Origin: Candidatus Undinarchaeales archaeon
GTDB taxonomy: Archaea > SpSt-1190 > JASMDC01
Length of the DNA: 64,000 nt
Direction of reading: 5' to 3'
NCBI GenBank assembly: GCA_030753015.1
Contig: JASMDC010000006.1
Span: 64,001 to 128,000 of the forward strand
Of this stretch, positions 9,542-19,371 are shown piece after piece. The first letter of the stretch is position 1. Each line of letters begins with the position of its first letter. The notes under the pieces are model-generated. The model was given only the letters and a program-made list of their open reading frames with translations, was not told the origin of the DNA and did no database searches. The translations under genes were made by a program, and so were the position numbers.

Positions 9542-10318
9542 TCAATCCATGAGGAGGATGGTCCCCTTTCCGTTCTCAACGAGGTCCCCGGTGAACGTCT
9601 TAAAATCCCCGCTGAATCCCTCGCCCTCGATTTTGGGGTCCTTGATAGAGCCCCCTTCCTTGAATCCGAGCATGAGCTCTCCTTTCGAGACTACGATGGT
9701 CCCACCGGTCATCTGGGCACCGACGCGTGGGCCTGCTGTGCCCTCGATGACGATGAGCCCCTTCTTCATGTGGATGCCCGTGAACAGGTCAGTATCACCC
9801 TTGATGACGATCGTGCCACCGGCGAGCCTGCTGCCAACCTCGACACCTGCGTTCCCGTGTACTGTGATCCTGCCACCCTTCATGCCCGCTGACTCACCCC
9901 TGTAGGCCGCGCCCAGGTAGTCGGATGCGTTGCCCTTGATGACGAGCTCGCCACCGGACATGTCCATGCCACAGAACGCGTCGCAGTTTCCTTCCACCAC
10001 GATCCTGCCGCCCGACATCCGGTAGCCGCAGTACATACCGCCGTCCCCGTTCACCTGGACCTCGCCCTCAGCGAGGGCCTCGCCGATGCGCTTGAACTTG
10101 CTCAGATCGTCACCCTCGAGCACGATCAGTCGGCCTTTACCCTTCTCGTCCTCGATGGTCACATCGAAGAAGTCACTCAGTGTGCGTTCCTGGTTCCCCT
10201 CGTGGACGGCTACCTTCTTGATCTCAGCAAGGGTCATCCCGAAGAGCTGGTGGTTGACACCATCGGCCTCGACATTGATGTCGTCTACATTGTTCTTGGA
10301 CCGCAGGAGTATCTTCAT
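9542..10318 (-). CDS. fwdC: Formylmethanofuran dehydrogenase subunit C (copy 1)
   Basis: GXGXG repeats, GAAYRGE..GMKGG, FTGD...GKG. Confidence 0.93.
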   Translation of the reverse strand: MKILLRSKNNVDDINVEADGVNHQLFGMTLAEIKKVAVHEGNQERTLSDFFDVTIEDEKGKGRLIVLEGDDLSKFKRIGEALAEGEVQVNGDGGMYCGYRMSGGRIVVEGNCDAFCGMDMSGGELVIKGNASDYLGAAYRGESAGMKGGRITVHGNAGVEVGSRLAGGTIVIKGDTDLFTGIHMKKGLIVIEGTAGPRVGAQMTGGTIVVSKGELMLGFKEGGSIKDPKIEGEGFSGDFKTFTGDLVENGKGTILLMD

Positions 10319-11991
10319 TTCTTACACCTCTCCATGACCATCTCGCTCTCCCCGAGATAGTCCATCTGCACGGGGTAGTTATCGAGCGAAACGGAGTAGT
10401 ACCCTTCGAACCGCTTTCTCAGGTCCTTCTCGATGACGTCCGTCCGGGGTTTCGTGTCGATCCAGAGCGTCCTTCCCGTAACGGCATTGACGACCTTCCC
10501 GTCCTTGACCGCGAGTTGGCCGCCCTTGATGGTGTATGCACAGTGCCTGAAGGCACGTTCGATCGTTGCGCCGTCCTTCTCCTCGACACCGATGTCGTAC
10601 ACCGCAACGTCCGCATCGGCACCGATCCCCAGGTGCCCCTTGTTAGCGAGACCAAGGGTCTGTGCGGTGCCTCGTGTGATAAGACAGATATCGAAGAGGT
10701 CCAGTTCACGGTCCATGTCGGAGATGGCGGCCTTGCTCTTCACGGCATCGTGGAGCGTGGCTATGGTCTCGGCCCTGGCCTTCTTGGACATGAGCCATGC
10801 GATCATCTCCGCATAGCATGTGAAGGGGCCACCGTTCGGATGGTCCGTGCTCAGGTGTATCTTCGCAAGGTCCTTTAACGCAAGGACCATCTCGAGACCG
10901 ACGGCCCACTGGATCGCGTTCACGCTGACATCCTTCCGATACTCGTAGGGAACGACCCCAGTACCAGCCTCGAGCTCAACGTCGAAGTTTATCCATTTCT
11001 GCTTGCCGAGCTGGTGGAGATGGAACTCGAAGGGCCCGTCGGCCGTCATGGTCGTTGTGGGCTCGAAGCAGACGTTCCCCGTGTCGACCGTGATGTTCGG
11101 GGTCTTGTCGATCTTCTCGGCGAGCTCGACCCCCCTGGACTCGAACGTCCTCCAGGAGTCGCCACCGTACCCGTTGAACTGTAGGTGTGTGATGTGCAGG
11201 ACGGACCGTTCCTTGTTGGTGAGGCCTTTGACGGAGTCGATGGTCTCGAGCGCGGTCGTGTAGTTACCGGGGGTGCCGAGGTTGTTGCAGTGGAGGTGAA
11301 CCGCATGGGGGAGCCCGAGGCTCTCGTTGATGTCCACAAGACCCCGGATGATCTCCCGCGGCGTCACCTCGAAGTGCGTGCAGGGATCGTCAAGGCCGTC
11401 AACGTTCTTGCCCCACGCCCAGCTGGCCGTACCGCCAGGGTTCACGCATTTGATACCATAGCACTTGGTGGCCAAGAGCATCCATGCGACCCACTCCTTG
11501 CATCGATCGATGTCGCCGGCCTTGAGGTACTCGATGACCTGATGATTGTTGCCCAAGAGGAGGAGCCCGGTCTTGTCGAGCATCGGGATATCATGGAACT
11601 CTTCGTGGGTGTGCCTGGCCTTCAGAGGAGGGACCGCAGGCTCGATGACCGTTGTGTAGCCCATCTCGGAGTAGGTGTACCCGGTCAGAAACGTTGTGGG
11701 TACGGAGAAACCGGAGCCGGCCCGTGTGACGTTCGTTCTCGGGACGGTGCGCATCCGGCTGTCCTCTGGTCTGAAGAGCCGGCCGCTGTTCACCTTCGAG
11801 CCGGCGATATGCGCATGGATGTCGACGCCGCCCGGGAACACTACCTTCCCGGCCAGGTCAATGGTCTCGGCCTTTTTGCCGAGATCTTTCTCGGCGACCA
11901 TCTTCCCGTCCTTGATGAAGAGGTCCATCTTCTCGCCACGGATCCCGTTCTTGGGATCGAAGACGATACCGTTCTTGAGTATCAGTCCCAT
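10315..11991 (-). CDS. fwdA: Formylmethanofuran dehydrogenase subunit A (copy 1)
   Basis: DIHAHIAG, RPED, KCVNPGG, HLHCNNLG, STDHPNGGPF; the likely start is MGLILKNG at 11991. Confidence 0.96.
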   Translation of the reverse strand: MGLILKNGIVFDPKNGIRGEKMDLFIKDGKMVAEKDLGKKAETIDLAGKVVFPGGVDIHAHIAGSKVNSGRLFRPEDSRMRTVPRTNVTRAGSGFSVPTTFLTGYTYSEMGYTTVIEPAVPPLKARHTHEEFHDIPMLDKTGLLLLGNNHQVIEYLKAGDIDRCKEWVAWMLLATKCYGIKCVNPGGTASWAWGKNVDGLDDPCTHFEVTPREIIRGLVDINESLGLPHAVHLHCNNLGTPGNYTTALETIDSVKGLTNKERSVLHITHLQFNGYGGDSWRTFESRGVELAEKIDKTPNITVDTGNVCFEPTTTMTADGPFEFHLHQLGKQKWINFDVELEAGTGVVPYEYRKDVSVNAIQWAVGLEMVLALKDLAKIHLSTDHPNGGPFTCYAEMIAWLMSKKARAETIATLHDAVKSKAAISDMDRELDLFDICLITRGTAQTLGLANKGHLGIGADADVAVYDIGVEEKDGATIERAFRHCAYTIKGGQLAVKDGKVVNAVTGRTLWIDTKPRTDVIEKDLRKRFEGYYSVSLDNYPVQMDYLGESEMVMERCKK

Positions 11992-11992
11992 T

Positions 11993-13360
11993 CTACTTGC
12001 CCCCTCTTTTCTCCTTGACACGTTCAAGGATCTTCGCGACGATGTCCGTGTCCGACGGCACGTCACTATTGATGACCTTCTTCAGTCGTATGGGGACCCC
12101 GTCCATTCGGTAGGCCGTCCCCTCGGCCTCAACTCCGGTGACCGCGCATGGGAGGTAGACGTCGGCGAACTTGGACGTGATGGTCTCGTGAGGATCGATG
12201 ACGATGACCGGCATATTGCTGAACCGTCGTGCAGCCTCCTTCGGGAGGTGCGCGACCGGATCGGACGCGACGATGAACAGGCAGTCCGCATCGTCCCGCA
12301 TCAGCAGGTCCACCAGCGAGGTCTCTCCGGGATTGTATCTTGCATACCCCCTCGTGAGGTCCACGGCGAACGGGTAACCCGTCTGCCACGTGAACACCTC
12401 GGCGGCGCCCGTGACATTGTAATGGCCACGCATGGGGCGGATGACGACCTTCGTGTCCTTGTTGAGCTCGGCCCCAAGAGAGAGGATAGCGTCGATGTTC
12501 CGATGCCTGCCGCGTGTCATGGTCAGCCCGAGGCCGAAGAAGAACGCGCAGAACTTCGAGCGCTTGAGCCTCTGGGCGAGCTTCATGACCTTCTTCTTGA
12601 TGACGCCCGTGCCAGGTATCTCGTCCGGTAGCTCCTCCCCCTTCATAGCGAGCCTGAGCGCGTGGATCAGCTCGTAATCCGCGTTCGGATCAACCTTGAT
12701 GAACTGGGTGGCGACACTCGTGGACGCGGTCTCCCTGACGTCGACGACGACGACCTCCCGGTCCTGGCGTCCCTTCTCCCTGAAGGCGCCCCTGGGGTAG
12801 ACCGTGTACCTGCTCATGTGGCGCATGTGCGCCTCGGAGGGGTTGCACCCCCAGTAGATGATGAGGTCCGCATGGTTGAGGACCGTTCCCAGTGTGCAGG
12901 AGGAAATGCCCACGTCCTGGACGGCCAGGGTGGAGGGGCCATGGCAGACGGAAGAGGTCTGATCGATGACACCGCCGATCTCCTCCGCAAGGGCAATCCC
13001 TTCACGGGTAGCCTCCACCGAAGTGGATGCCCATCCGAAGAGCACCGGTTTCTTGGCAGCGAGGAGCAGATCGGCCGCCTTGTCGATGCACGCATCCAGC
13101 TTGGCCTCATTGAACGCGTCGTCAGGAGCCTTCTTGTCACCGCTCTTCTTCCTGAGCAGGTTCTTCCTCGTCGCCCCCTTGGTGATGGACTTCTTGAACT
13201 TGAAGTATCCGACCCCGCACGCGTGATAGATCTCGGCCTCGTCGTCCCCCGTCCTCTTGATATGGATGTCGTCGCAGAGGTTGCCGCAAAACGGGCACGT
13301 GACGTCCGTGACATCGGTGAGATCGGGCTTGATGTTCGTGAGTTTCTCTTCCTCGGCCAT
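11993..13360 (-). CDS. fwdB: Formylmethanofuran dehydrogenase subunit B (Mo/W-pterin catalytic subunit, Cys ligand)
   Basis: CPFCGNLCDD, SSVCHGP, WGCNP.EAHMRH, PMRGHYNV, GTAYRMDG; start MAEEEK at 13360. Confidence 0.95.
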   Translation of the reverse strand: MAEEEKLTNIKPDLTDVTDVTCPFCGNLCDDIHIKRTGDDEAEIYHACGVGYFKFKKSITKGATRKNLLRKKSGDKKAPDDAFNEAKLDACIDKAADLLLAAKKPVLFGWASTSVEATREGIALAEEIGGVIDQTSSVCHGPSTLAVQDVGISSCTLGTVLNHADLIIYWGCNPSEAHMRHMSRYTVYPRGAFREKGRQDREVVVVDVRETASTSVATQFIKVDPNADYELIHALRLAMKGEELPDEIPGTGVIKKKVMKLAQRLKRSKFCAFFFGLGLTMTRGRHRNIDAILSLGAELNKDTKVVIRPMRGHYNVTGAAEVFTWQTGYPFAVDLTRGYARYNPGETSLVDLLMRDDADCLFIVASDPVAHLPKEAARRFSNMPVIVIDPHETITSKFADVYLPCAVTGVEAEGTAYRMDGVPIRLKKVINSDVPSDTDIVAKILERVKEKRGGK

Positions 13361-13361
13361 C

Positions 13362-13772
13362 TCAAGCACCCCCGTACAGGTCGCCAAGTAGTTTGTCCAG
13401 GCTCGTGATCCCTTGTCCCATGGACGTGGACACCTCGGCCGGGATCCCCTTGTACGACGGCATCCCCGTGTGACTTGTGTCCGTCGGGATGAGCGCGTTC
13501 GCCCACGGGCCGAGCGGCACGGCGATGACGCCCGGTGAGTTCATGGTCGGTCGTACCCTGAGCTCCACGGAGCCCACCTTGGTAGTGACCTTCACGATAG
13601 CGTCCTCCTTCACGCGGAGCCGGTTCATGTCATCCTCGTCCATGAGGACAGTCGAGCATTCATCTCGGTACTCCTGGGTGAGCTTCCCCATTTCCAGAGC
13701 CTCGCCCTGTCTGGCGGTTCGTACCGTGACCAGGGTGCATTTGATCGGTGGTGCTAGGATGAGAAATCCCAT
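13362..13772 (-). CDS. fwdD: Formylmethanofuran dehydrogenase subunit D
   Basis: TVRTARQG, GPWANAL, TGMPSYKG. Confidence 0.93.
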   Translation of the reverse strand: MGFLILAPPIKCTLVTVRTARQGEALEMGKLTQEYRDECSTVLMDEDDMNRLRVKEDAIVKVTTKVGSVELRVRPTMNSPGVIAVPLGPWANALIPTDTSHTGMPSYKGIPAEVSTSMGQGITSLDKLLGDLYGGA

Positions 13773-13782
13773 ATCGATAACC

Positions 13783-14241
13783 TCAGATGAATTCGAACGC
13801 CTTCTTGGGGCATGCGTCTCCGCATACTCGGCACGTCTTTGTAGCCACCTCGCCTGAGACGCGGCGGCATTTCTCGAGCCTCACGATCTTGATGCGACCG
13901 TTGATGACCTTCAGAATGACCTCGTCGCTGTCGGGTCCCTTACCTCCGGCCGCCTTGGGATCGACCACGTTCACGGGACATGCCACGAGACAGTTGGCGC
14001 AGCCGTCGCAGAGCTCCTCGTGCACGATCAGGCCCGAGGCCTCGGCGCCCTTGATCGTCTCTAGAATCTCCAGGAGTTTCTCCCTGTTCTCCTGGAACTC
14101 CTCGGCCGTTACGGGAAGGCATTCCTCCAGCTTCGCCTCGTTCTTTAGGAGCGCCATTGCGAACGCCATGCACGATTTCTGCGGGCACTTCTCGCAGTTC
14201 GTTTTAGGCAGGAGATTGTAGAAATCCATTGCACGTACCAT
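13783..14241 (-). CDS. fwdG: FwdG-like ferredoxin with an extra N-terminal FeS domain
   Basis: LLPKTNCEKC...SCMAFA FeS domain, then CDGCANCLVACPVN...AGGKGP (FwdG signature) and CRVCGDACP. Confidence 0.8.
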   Translation of the reverse strand: MVRAMDFYNLLPKTNCEKCPQKSCMAFAMALLKNEAKLEECLPVTAEEFQENREKLLEILETIKGAEASGLIVHEELCDGCANCLVACPVNVVDPKAAGGKGPDSDEVILKVINGRIKIVRLEKCRRVSGEVATKTCRVCGDACPKKAFEFI

Positions 14242-14266
14242 TTGGTATCACCGTCCCATGTCCCGG

Positions 14267-15130
14267 TCAGAGCTCCCGGAGGAATATCTTCTCGGGCCCG
14301 AGCTTTCCACCATAGTTACCTGCTGAGAGGCGTTCGATACCTTCAGCGTTCGTAAGCACGTCCACGGCGCTCTTGAAGCCCTTCGTCAGGGTATCGAGGT
14401 CGACCGCGTTGAAGATGAACTCGTAGATGGCCACCACGCCCTCAGGCACCGTGGAGTCATCGATGTTACAACTGAGTGTGGGGCAGCACGTGTGGTTGGT
14501 GGAGGCCTTGAGGAACGTGTACGTGCAGGAGCCGACCTTAGATCCGGACGCGCAAATGCCGCCGGGGAAGGGGGCGATGATGCCCTCGGTCCCTTCGATC
14601 CCTTCGATCACCCGCTCGCACGAGGTAAGACCCTTCTCGACATCGTTGACCATGACCCAGAGGTTGCCTGAGTAGCCCTTGGTATATCCGAAATTCTCCT
14701 CGATCAGGAACTCGCCGCCCATGATCGGGATCGAGTAGAGCTTCCGGCCCCATCGCTCGACTGCCGTTCCATACCCGTCGCCGAAGCAGTTCATCATCTT
14801 GCCGATGGGGAATGGCTCCTCCGATTCGATGAGGTTGAAGCATGCGGTGGTAGGCGCGGTGAGGACGCATTGACCAATCCGCTCTAGGAGCTGGTCCTTC
14901 AATTTCTTCGCTGAGGGATTGGTGATCATCACCGAGTACCCGGGCCGGCCGTCGGGTCCTGACTCGACGAACGTGTCGATGCCAGCTTCAGCGTCGCAGA
15001 AGATGATGGATGTAGCGAAGCCCACGGAGGCCTGGGCAGCGATGCGTGCCCATCGTTCGTTCGCGGCCGTGATGAGGAACCGCCCGCACTTCGTGCTGAA
15101 TACCTCTGAGAATGTGTCCTCGATTTCCAT
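14267..15130 (-). CDS. ftr: Formylmethanofuran:H4MPT formyltransferase
   Basis: IEDTFSEVF, GFATSII.C.AEAG, PDGRPG, RIGQCVLT.PT, PFPGG..ASGSKVGS, AGNYGGKLG. Confidence 0.96.
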   Translation of the reverse strand: MEIEDTFSEVFSTKCGRFLITAANERWARIAAQASVGFATSIIFCDAEAGIDTFVESGPDGRPGYSVMITNPSAKKLKDQLLERIGQCVLTAPTTACFNLIESEEPFPIGKMMNCFGDGYGTAVERWGRKLYSIPIMGGEFLIEENFGYTKGYSGNLWVMVNDVEKGLTSCERVIEGIEGTEGIIAPFPGGICASGSKVGSCTYTFLKASTNHTCCPTLSCNIDDSTVPEGVVAIYEFIFNAVDLDTLTKGFKSAVDVLTNAEGIERLSAGNYGGKLGPEKIFLREL

Positions 15131-15131
15131 T

Positions 15132-15971
15132 TCAGTCCGCCCCCTCGAGCAGTCCCGACCGTTCGGTCACCGCACCGCTCTTGGAATGTGATGTCCTCAG
15201 CACGGTATCGTTGCCTTTCTCGATATCACGTGCCTCGTCGACAAGACGTGCGGCCGCGGCCAGCACCTCGTGAGCGGTACATGCCATCAGGACGTACTCC
15301 CGCTCGTCCTTGAGCTTGAAGCAGGCCTCGAAGTCTATCGCCGCCACGGTCTCGGCCATGCGATAGGCGGCCATTGCCTTGGCGAGCGCGTAGGGATTGC
15401 GGTAGTATCCAAGCCCGGCCACCGTGCGTGGTGTGATGACTATCCGGGGCAAATCGTCGGTCCCGAGCGTGCCGCTCTTGATCCGCTCGATTGCTCCATC
15501 TAGGAGCTCGACGATGTGTCGGACCACGCCCGTCCCGGAGAGGACGCGGATGATGTCGGCGTTGAACAGGGCCATTTCGGTGGGATCCAGGAACTCCCGC
15601 CGTGCTCCGATGAGGGGATCGCCCTTGATGAGGACGTACCCCAACCCTTCGGCCTCGAAGTCCTCCTTCGCGCGTGCTGCGGGCCCATCGCTGAACACGA
15701 TGCTCGGGATGCCGGCGTCGGCGAGGAGCTTCCGCACCTCCTTGGGGCCTGCGATGGCCGCGTTCGGGGTCGAGTAGAGAATCAGGTCCGGCTTGTCAGC
15801 GATGAGGGAAGCGGCCACGTCCCGTGCGCTCTCGGGATCCATCTTGGGTCCCGATGTGCGTGCGATGAATGCGAGGTCCTCCCGGTCCGCCCGCTCGTCC
15901 AGTACGAGGTCGATGAGCGGTGAGATGCCGATGTTGCCCGTTTTGATGATGCCGATCGTTACCCTTTCCAT
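15132..15971 (-). CDS. mtd: F420-dependent methylene-H4MPT dehydrogenase
   Basis: K.GNIG, LDERADREDL, SGPKM, DP.IGARREFLDPTEMA.FN, NPYA.AKA. Confidence 0.95.
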   Translation of the reverse strand: MERVTIGIIKTGNIGISPLIDLVLDERADREDLAFIARTSGPKMDPESARDVAASLIADKPDLILYSTPNAAIAGPKEVRKLLADAGIPSIVFSDGPAARAKEDFEAEGLGYVLIKGDPLIGARREFLDPTEMALFNADIIRVLSGTGVVRHIVELLDGAIERIKSGTLGTDDLPRIVITPRTVAGLGYYRNPYALAKAMAAYRMAETVAAIDFEACFKLKDEREYVLMACTAHEVLAAAARLVDEARDIEKGNDTVLRTSHSKSGAVTERSGLLEGAD

Positions 15972-17362
15972 ACAGAATCCTTCCATTCCCACTTGTTCTT
16001 GAGGAATCCTGCGATCTCAGACGAGTCCCGTCCTGCCACGAAGATTTCCCAGCCCGTTGTGTCCTCGAGGTCGCCCCGTAGCTGCGCGGCCAGGCCGGGG
16101 ATCAGCATCTTGCGGTGCTTGACCTTCTCCTCCACCTTGAAGTCGTCGATGAACTTTTTCACGTCGTCCGCGCTCATTGTGTTCGCTGCCACGGCCGTGT
16201 CCACGGCGAACCCGTTGGTATCGAGCACGATGAGCCATGCGGAGACCCCGGACCGCCGGAGGTCGCCCTCCACTGTGAAGTAGGTCAGGGAGAAGTTCAC
16301 CGTGAGGATGACGGGCGAGTGCTCGTCGGGGTTGCCGATCTCGTACAGCTCGGCCTTGACCGTTGGCTCTGTCCTCGGGTCCGTGTATATGTTCTGACGG
16401 AGCGTGAGGAGCGGGAGGACCGACCACGGCTCTACTGAGCTGAGCACGATCATGTCCACGAACCTGTCCAGGTGTGAGCTCGCAATGAGGGTCTCCATGA
16501 ACAAGGCCTGCACTGGGTCCTCCTCCGTGAGCCCCACGGCGCCCGGGATCGTGATGGTCGGATAGCCAAGCTCCTTGACACCGTTCTCGATGGCGGCCCT
16601 TCGCGCCTTTACTATCCGGTTGATCGAGTTCCCAAACGCTTTGCCGGTTATACCTGTTGCAGGGTCGAGCACAAGCCGCTCAAGACCGGCGGCTTCGGCC
16701 TTCCGTACAAGGGTTCCCAGCTTCGATAGGCTCTTCGAGTAGAGGACGAGGGTCGCATCGTACGTCTTGGCGAGGGAAACGAAAGCGTCGAAGTTCTTGG
16801 CCGTCGCGGTGTACATGACGGGGTTCTTCCCCTTGAGGACCTTGAGACCCTCCTCCATCATCTTCGGATCGACCGTGCAGAGCATGAACGGCTTGTCCGT
16901 CTCTTTCAAGGCGAGCTCGATGGCTTTCTTGAACTTGGCCGGATCGTCCGATGCGCACCGGATGGCGACCATGTCCAGGTTAAGCATGACCCCCAGTCGT
17001 TCTATTGAGAATGTGTTGACGAACGCGATACGCTCCTTGATCATCTTCTCATCCATGGTATCGGCGATGTCGACGGCGATGGCCGTCGGATTGAAGTACT
17101 TGAGCTCGTGCCGGTAGAGCACCTCCTCGCCGCCGATCGTGATGGTGGACGCACCACTGCCGATCGTGACCTCCTTGATGGGCGGGGTGAGGATGTCGAC
17201 GAGCACCAGCCGTTCCATGTCGGTCATGGTGCCGCAGCTCTCGGGGGTCTTCTCCCGCTGGATCAGCTTCAAGGCCAGGGCCATGCACGATTCCTCACCA
17301 CAGGCCTCGCAGTTCTTGCCGGGGAGGTACTTGTATATCATCATTGGTGTGAGTCTTGGCAT
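15959..17362 (-). CDS. cdhE: ACDS/CODH-ACS gamma subunit (corrinoid FeS protein, large)
   Basis: LPGKNCEACG..SCMA, GGEEVLYRHE, RQNIYTDP, T.NFSLTYF.V. Confidence 0.95.
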   Translation of the reverse strand: MPRLTPMMIYKYLPGKNCEACGEESCMALALKLIQREKTPESCGTMTDMERLVLVDILTPPIKEVTIGSGASTITIGGEEVLYRHELKYFNPTAIAVDIADTMDEKMIKERIAFVNTFSIERLGVMLNLDMVAIRCASDDPAKFKKAIELALKETDKPFMLCTVDPKMMEEGLKVLKGKNPVMYTATAKNFDAFVSLAKTYDATLVLYSKSLSKLGTLVRKAEAAGLERLVLDPATGITGKAFGNSINRIVKARRAAIENGVKELGYPTITIPGAVGLTEEDPVQALFMETLIASSHLDRFVDMIVLSSVEPWSVLPLLTLRQNIYTDPRTEPTVKAELYEIGNPDEHSPVILTVNFSLTYFTVEGDLRRSGVSAWLIVLDTNGFAVDTAVAANTMSADDVKKFIDDFKVEEKVKHRKMLIPGLAAQLRGDLEDTTGWEIFVAGRDSSEIAGFLKNKWEWKDSVWKG

Positions 17363-17366
17363 CCTT

Positions 17367-18587
17367 TCATACCCCCTTGATCCATTGCTCAGGTTTCATC
17401 GGCTTCGACTCGTCCTTCTCGATGAGGAGCTGCTCGGTGATCGATTGGAGGGCCTCGATCGCGCCGGGGTGTAGCATCATGAAGATGTCCGAACCGGAGA
17501 GCAATGCCATGAGCCCGGTTGTCGCCTCCCATAACGGGCCGCGGTAGAGCTTCTCGCCCCAAGCATCGTTCTTACGCCAGGCCTCCCTGGCGGCCCACGC
17601 ATTGGAGGTCCCCGAGAGGATCGGATAGTTCAGGTCCTTGTCGCCGCGGAACGACATCTGGCGGATCCGCTCCATGGTGGTGATGGTGTACTCCACACCG
17701 TAGCCCAGAGAACCTGTGAAGGTGTCCATGACGATGCTGTTCCTTGGAACCCCCGCGACGACCAATGCCCGGGTCAGGGTCTTCTGGGCGGCAGGGTCCA
17801 TAGTGGCCAGGGCGAGCACTGCGTGATTGTGCTCTATTACCGCCGGGGCGATCGTCTCGTAGTTATCGCTCAGCGCCGCTGACAGGAGCACCCGTTCTCC
17901 GGAGGCCGCTTCAGCGGCCTTCACCAGCACGGGCGGGTCCTTCTTCCGGTTCCCAGAACCCGAGATGATCATCGGGACCTTGATCTCCTTGAGCATATCC
18001 TCGATGAGCGCGGCGGAGTCCTCTGGTGAGGTATCCTTCCCGTTGATGGGATCGGTAGATATCAGATGGAGCGTGATCATCTTGGCATTGTAACGCTCGA
18101 TGGCCGTCTTCGCCCATTCCACGGGGCTGTCCATGACGCCATCGTAGTACATCCTCACTGCCTTGGGGAGACTGAGCTCCATGTCGAAGATGTCGAAGGA
18201 GAACACAGGGATGTTCGGGACATTCGCCTCGAATGTGTAGAATGGCATGGTCTTCTGGCCGCCGATGACGAGGCTGTAGTCCCGGGTTCCACCTTCCTCC
18301 TTCGTCGCACCAAGAGTGACCTCAAGGATGTCCTGCTTCCATTCGGCGATAGGTGCCTCGAACTTGAAGGGCCCGACCTTCTTGGGAAGGGCACCTGGCG
18401 CAGCGGCCATTCCCGGCGCCGCTCCGCCCATCATCTGGACAAGGACCTGCGTCAGGCTCGGAGTGAGCTCGAGCACGAGCTCGTCTGCCTCGATGGACAC
18501 GTTCTCCAGTTCGAGCCGCTTGACCGTGGACATAAGTTCAGCGATCGTTCCTGCTCCATTGTTTTTCTTCTTCTTCTCTTCTGCCAT
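17367..18587 (-). CDS. cdhD: ACDS delta subunit (corrinoid FeS protein, small)
   Basis: LGATKEEGGTR, GSGN..KDP, LGYGVEY, NAWAAREAW, RGPLWE, MMLHP. Confidence 0.95.
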   Translation of the reverse strand: MAEEKKKKNNGAGTIAELMSTVKRLELENVSIEADELVLELTPSLTQVLVQMMGGAAPGMAAAPGALPKKVGPFKFEAPIAEWKQDILEVTLGATKEEGGTRDYSLVIGGQKTMPFYTFEANVPNIPVFSFDIFDMELSLPKAVRMYYDGVMDSPVEWAKTAIERYNAKMITLHLISTDPINGKDTSPEDSAALIEDMLKEIKVPMIISGSGNRKKDPPVLVKAAEAASGERVLLSAALSDNYETIAPAVIEHNHAVLALATMDPAAQKTLTRALVVAGVPRNSIVMDTFTGSLGYGVEYTITTMERIRQMSFRGDKDLNYPILSGTSNAWAAREAWRKNDAWGEKLYRGPLWEATTGLMALLSGSDIFMMLHPGAIEALQSITEQLLIEKDESKPMKPEQWIKGV

Positions 18588-18603
18588 GGTGATCACTACC
18601 TTA

Positions 18604-19356
18604 TCATGAAAAGATACTACCGCACAGTTTCGTGACGGCCATAAAAGCGGGCGATTCTTCCTTGAGGGACGCTACGGGGCGGCCCTCCAGGTCGAGCTCG
18701 GTCACGTATTCGTCGAACGGGACGATAGCATCGATATCGAGGCCCATTTCCTGTGCTTTGGATAGGAATAAATCGGCCTGACCGTCCCGGATCTTGTTCC
18801 CGACGACGAAGAGCTTGCCGACATTGAGCTCTAGGTCATTGGACATCTTGCGGATCGAATAGGCGGTCTTGAGGGAGTTGAGGGATTGGTCGGTGACCAC
18901 TACCAATTTATCGACATCCCGGGTGGTAGTTCTACTTAGGTGCTCAAGTCCTGCCTCGGCATCGATTACCACGTGGTCATAGCTATCCTTCGCGCTGTCG
19001 ATGATGTTCCTCAGAAGATGGTTGACCGAGCAGTAGCACCCTCGCCCCTCCGGCCGGCCCATGATGAGCAGATCGCAGTTTGGTCCCTCGATGGTGATCT
19101 CGAAGATCTTGCCGTCCAGCCACTCACGCTTTGTAACGCTGGGGGCGAGCTTGTCCTTTTCAGCGAGCAACTGCTCACGGACATCTCCAATGGAACGCGA
19201 CATTTCGAGACCGAGGGAGAAGGCCAGGTTGGCGTCCGGGTCGGCATCGACCGCAAGGATGGATGCGTCAGGGAACGTCTTGCGAAGCTGTGTGACCAGT
19301 ACACTGGAGACAAACGTCTTGCCCGTACCGCCCTTGCCTGAGACTGCGATGATCAC
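18604..19356 (-). CDS. cooC: CooC/AcsF nickel-insertion ATPase
   Basis: SGKGGTGKT, DADPD.NL, GCYC, D.EAGLEHLSR. Confidence 0.93.
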   Translation of the reverse strand: MIIAVSGKGGTGKTFVSSVLVTQLRKTFPDASILAVDADPDANLAFSLGLEMSRSIGDVREQLLAEKDKLAPSVTKREWLDGKIFEITIEGPNCDLLIMGRPEGRGCYCSVNHLLRNIIDSAKDSYDHVVIDAEAGLEHLSRTTTRDVDKLVVVTDQSLNSLKTAYSIRKMSNDLELNVGKLFVVGNKIRDGQADLFLSKAQEMGLDIDAIVPFDEYVTELDLEGRPVASLKEESPAFMAVTKLCGSIFS

Positions 19357-19371
19357 GAACAGTCACCCGTC

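Noticed and set aside
3921-13360. Selenocysteine recoding in FwdB, HdrA or MvhD
   Set aside because: All relevant positions are Cys codons in uninterrupted ORFs; there is no in-frame TGA.
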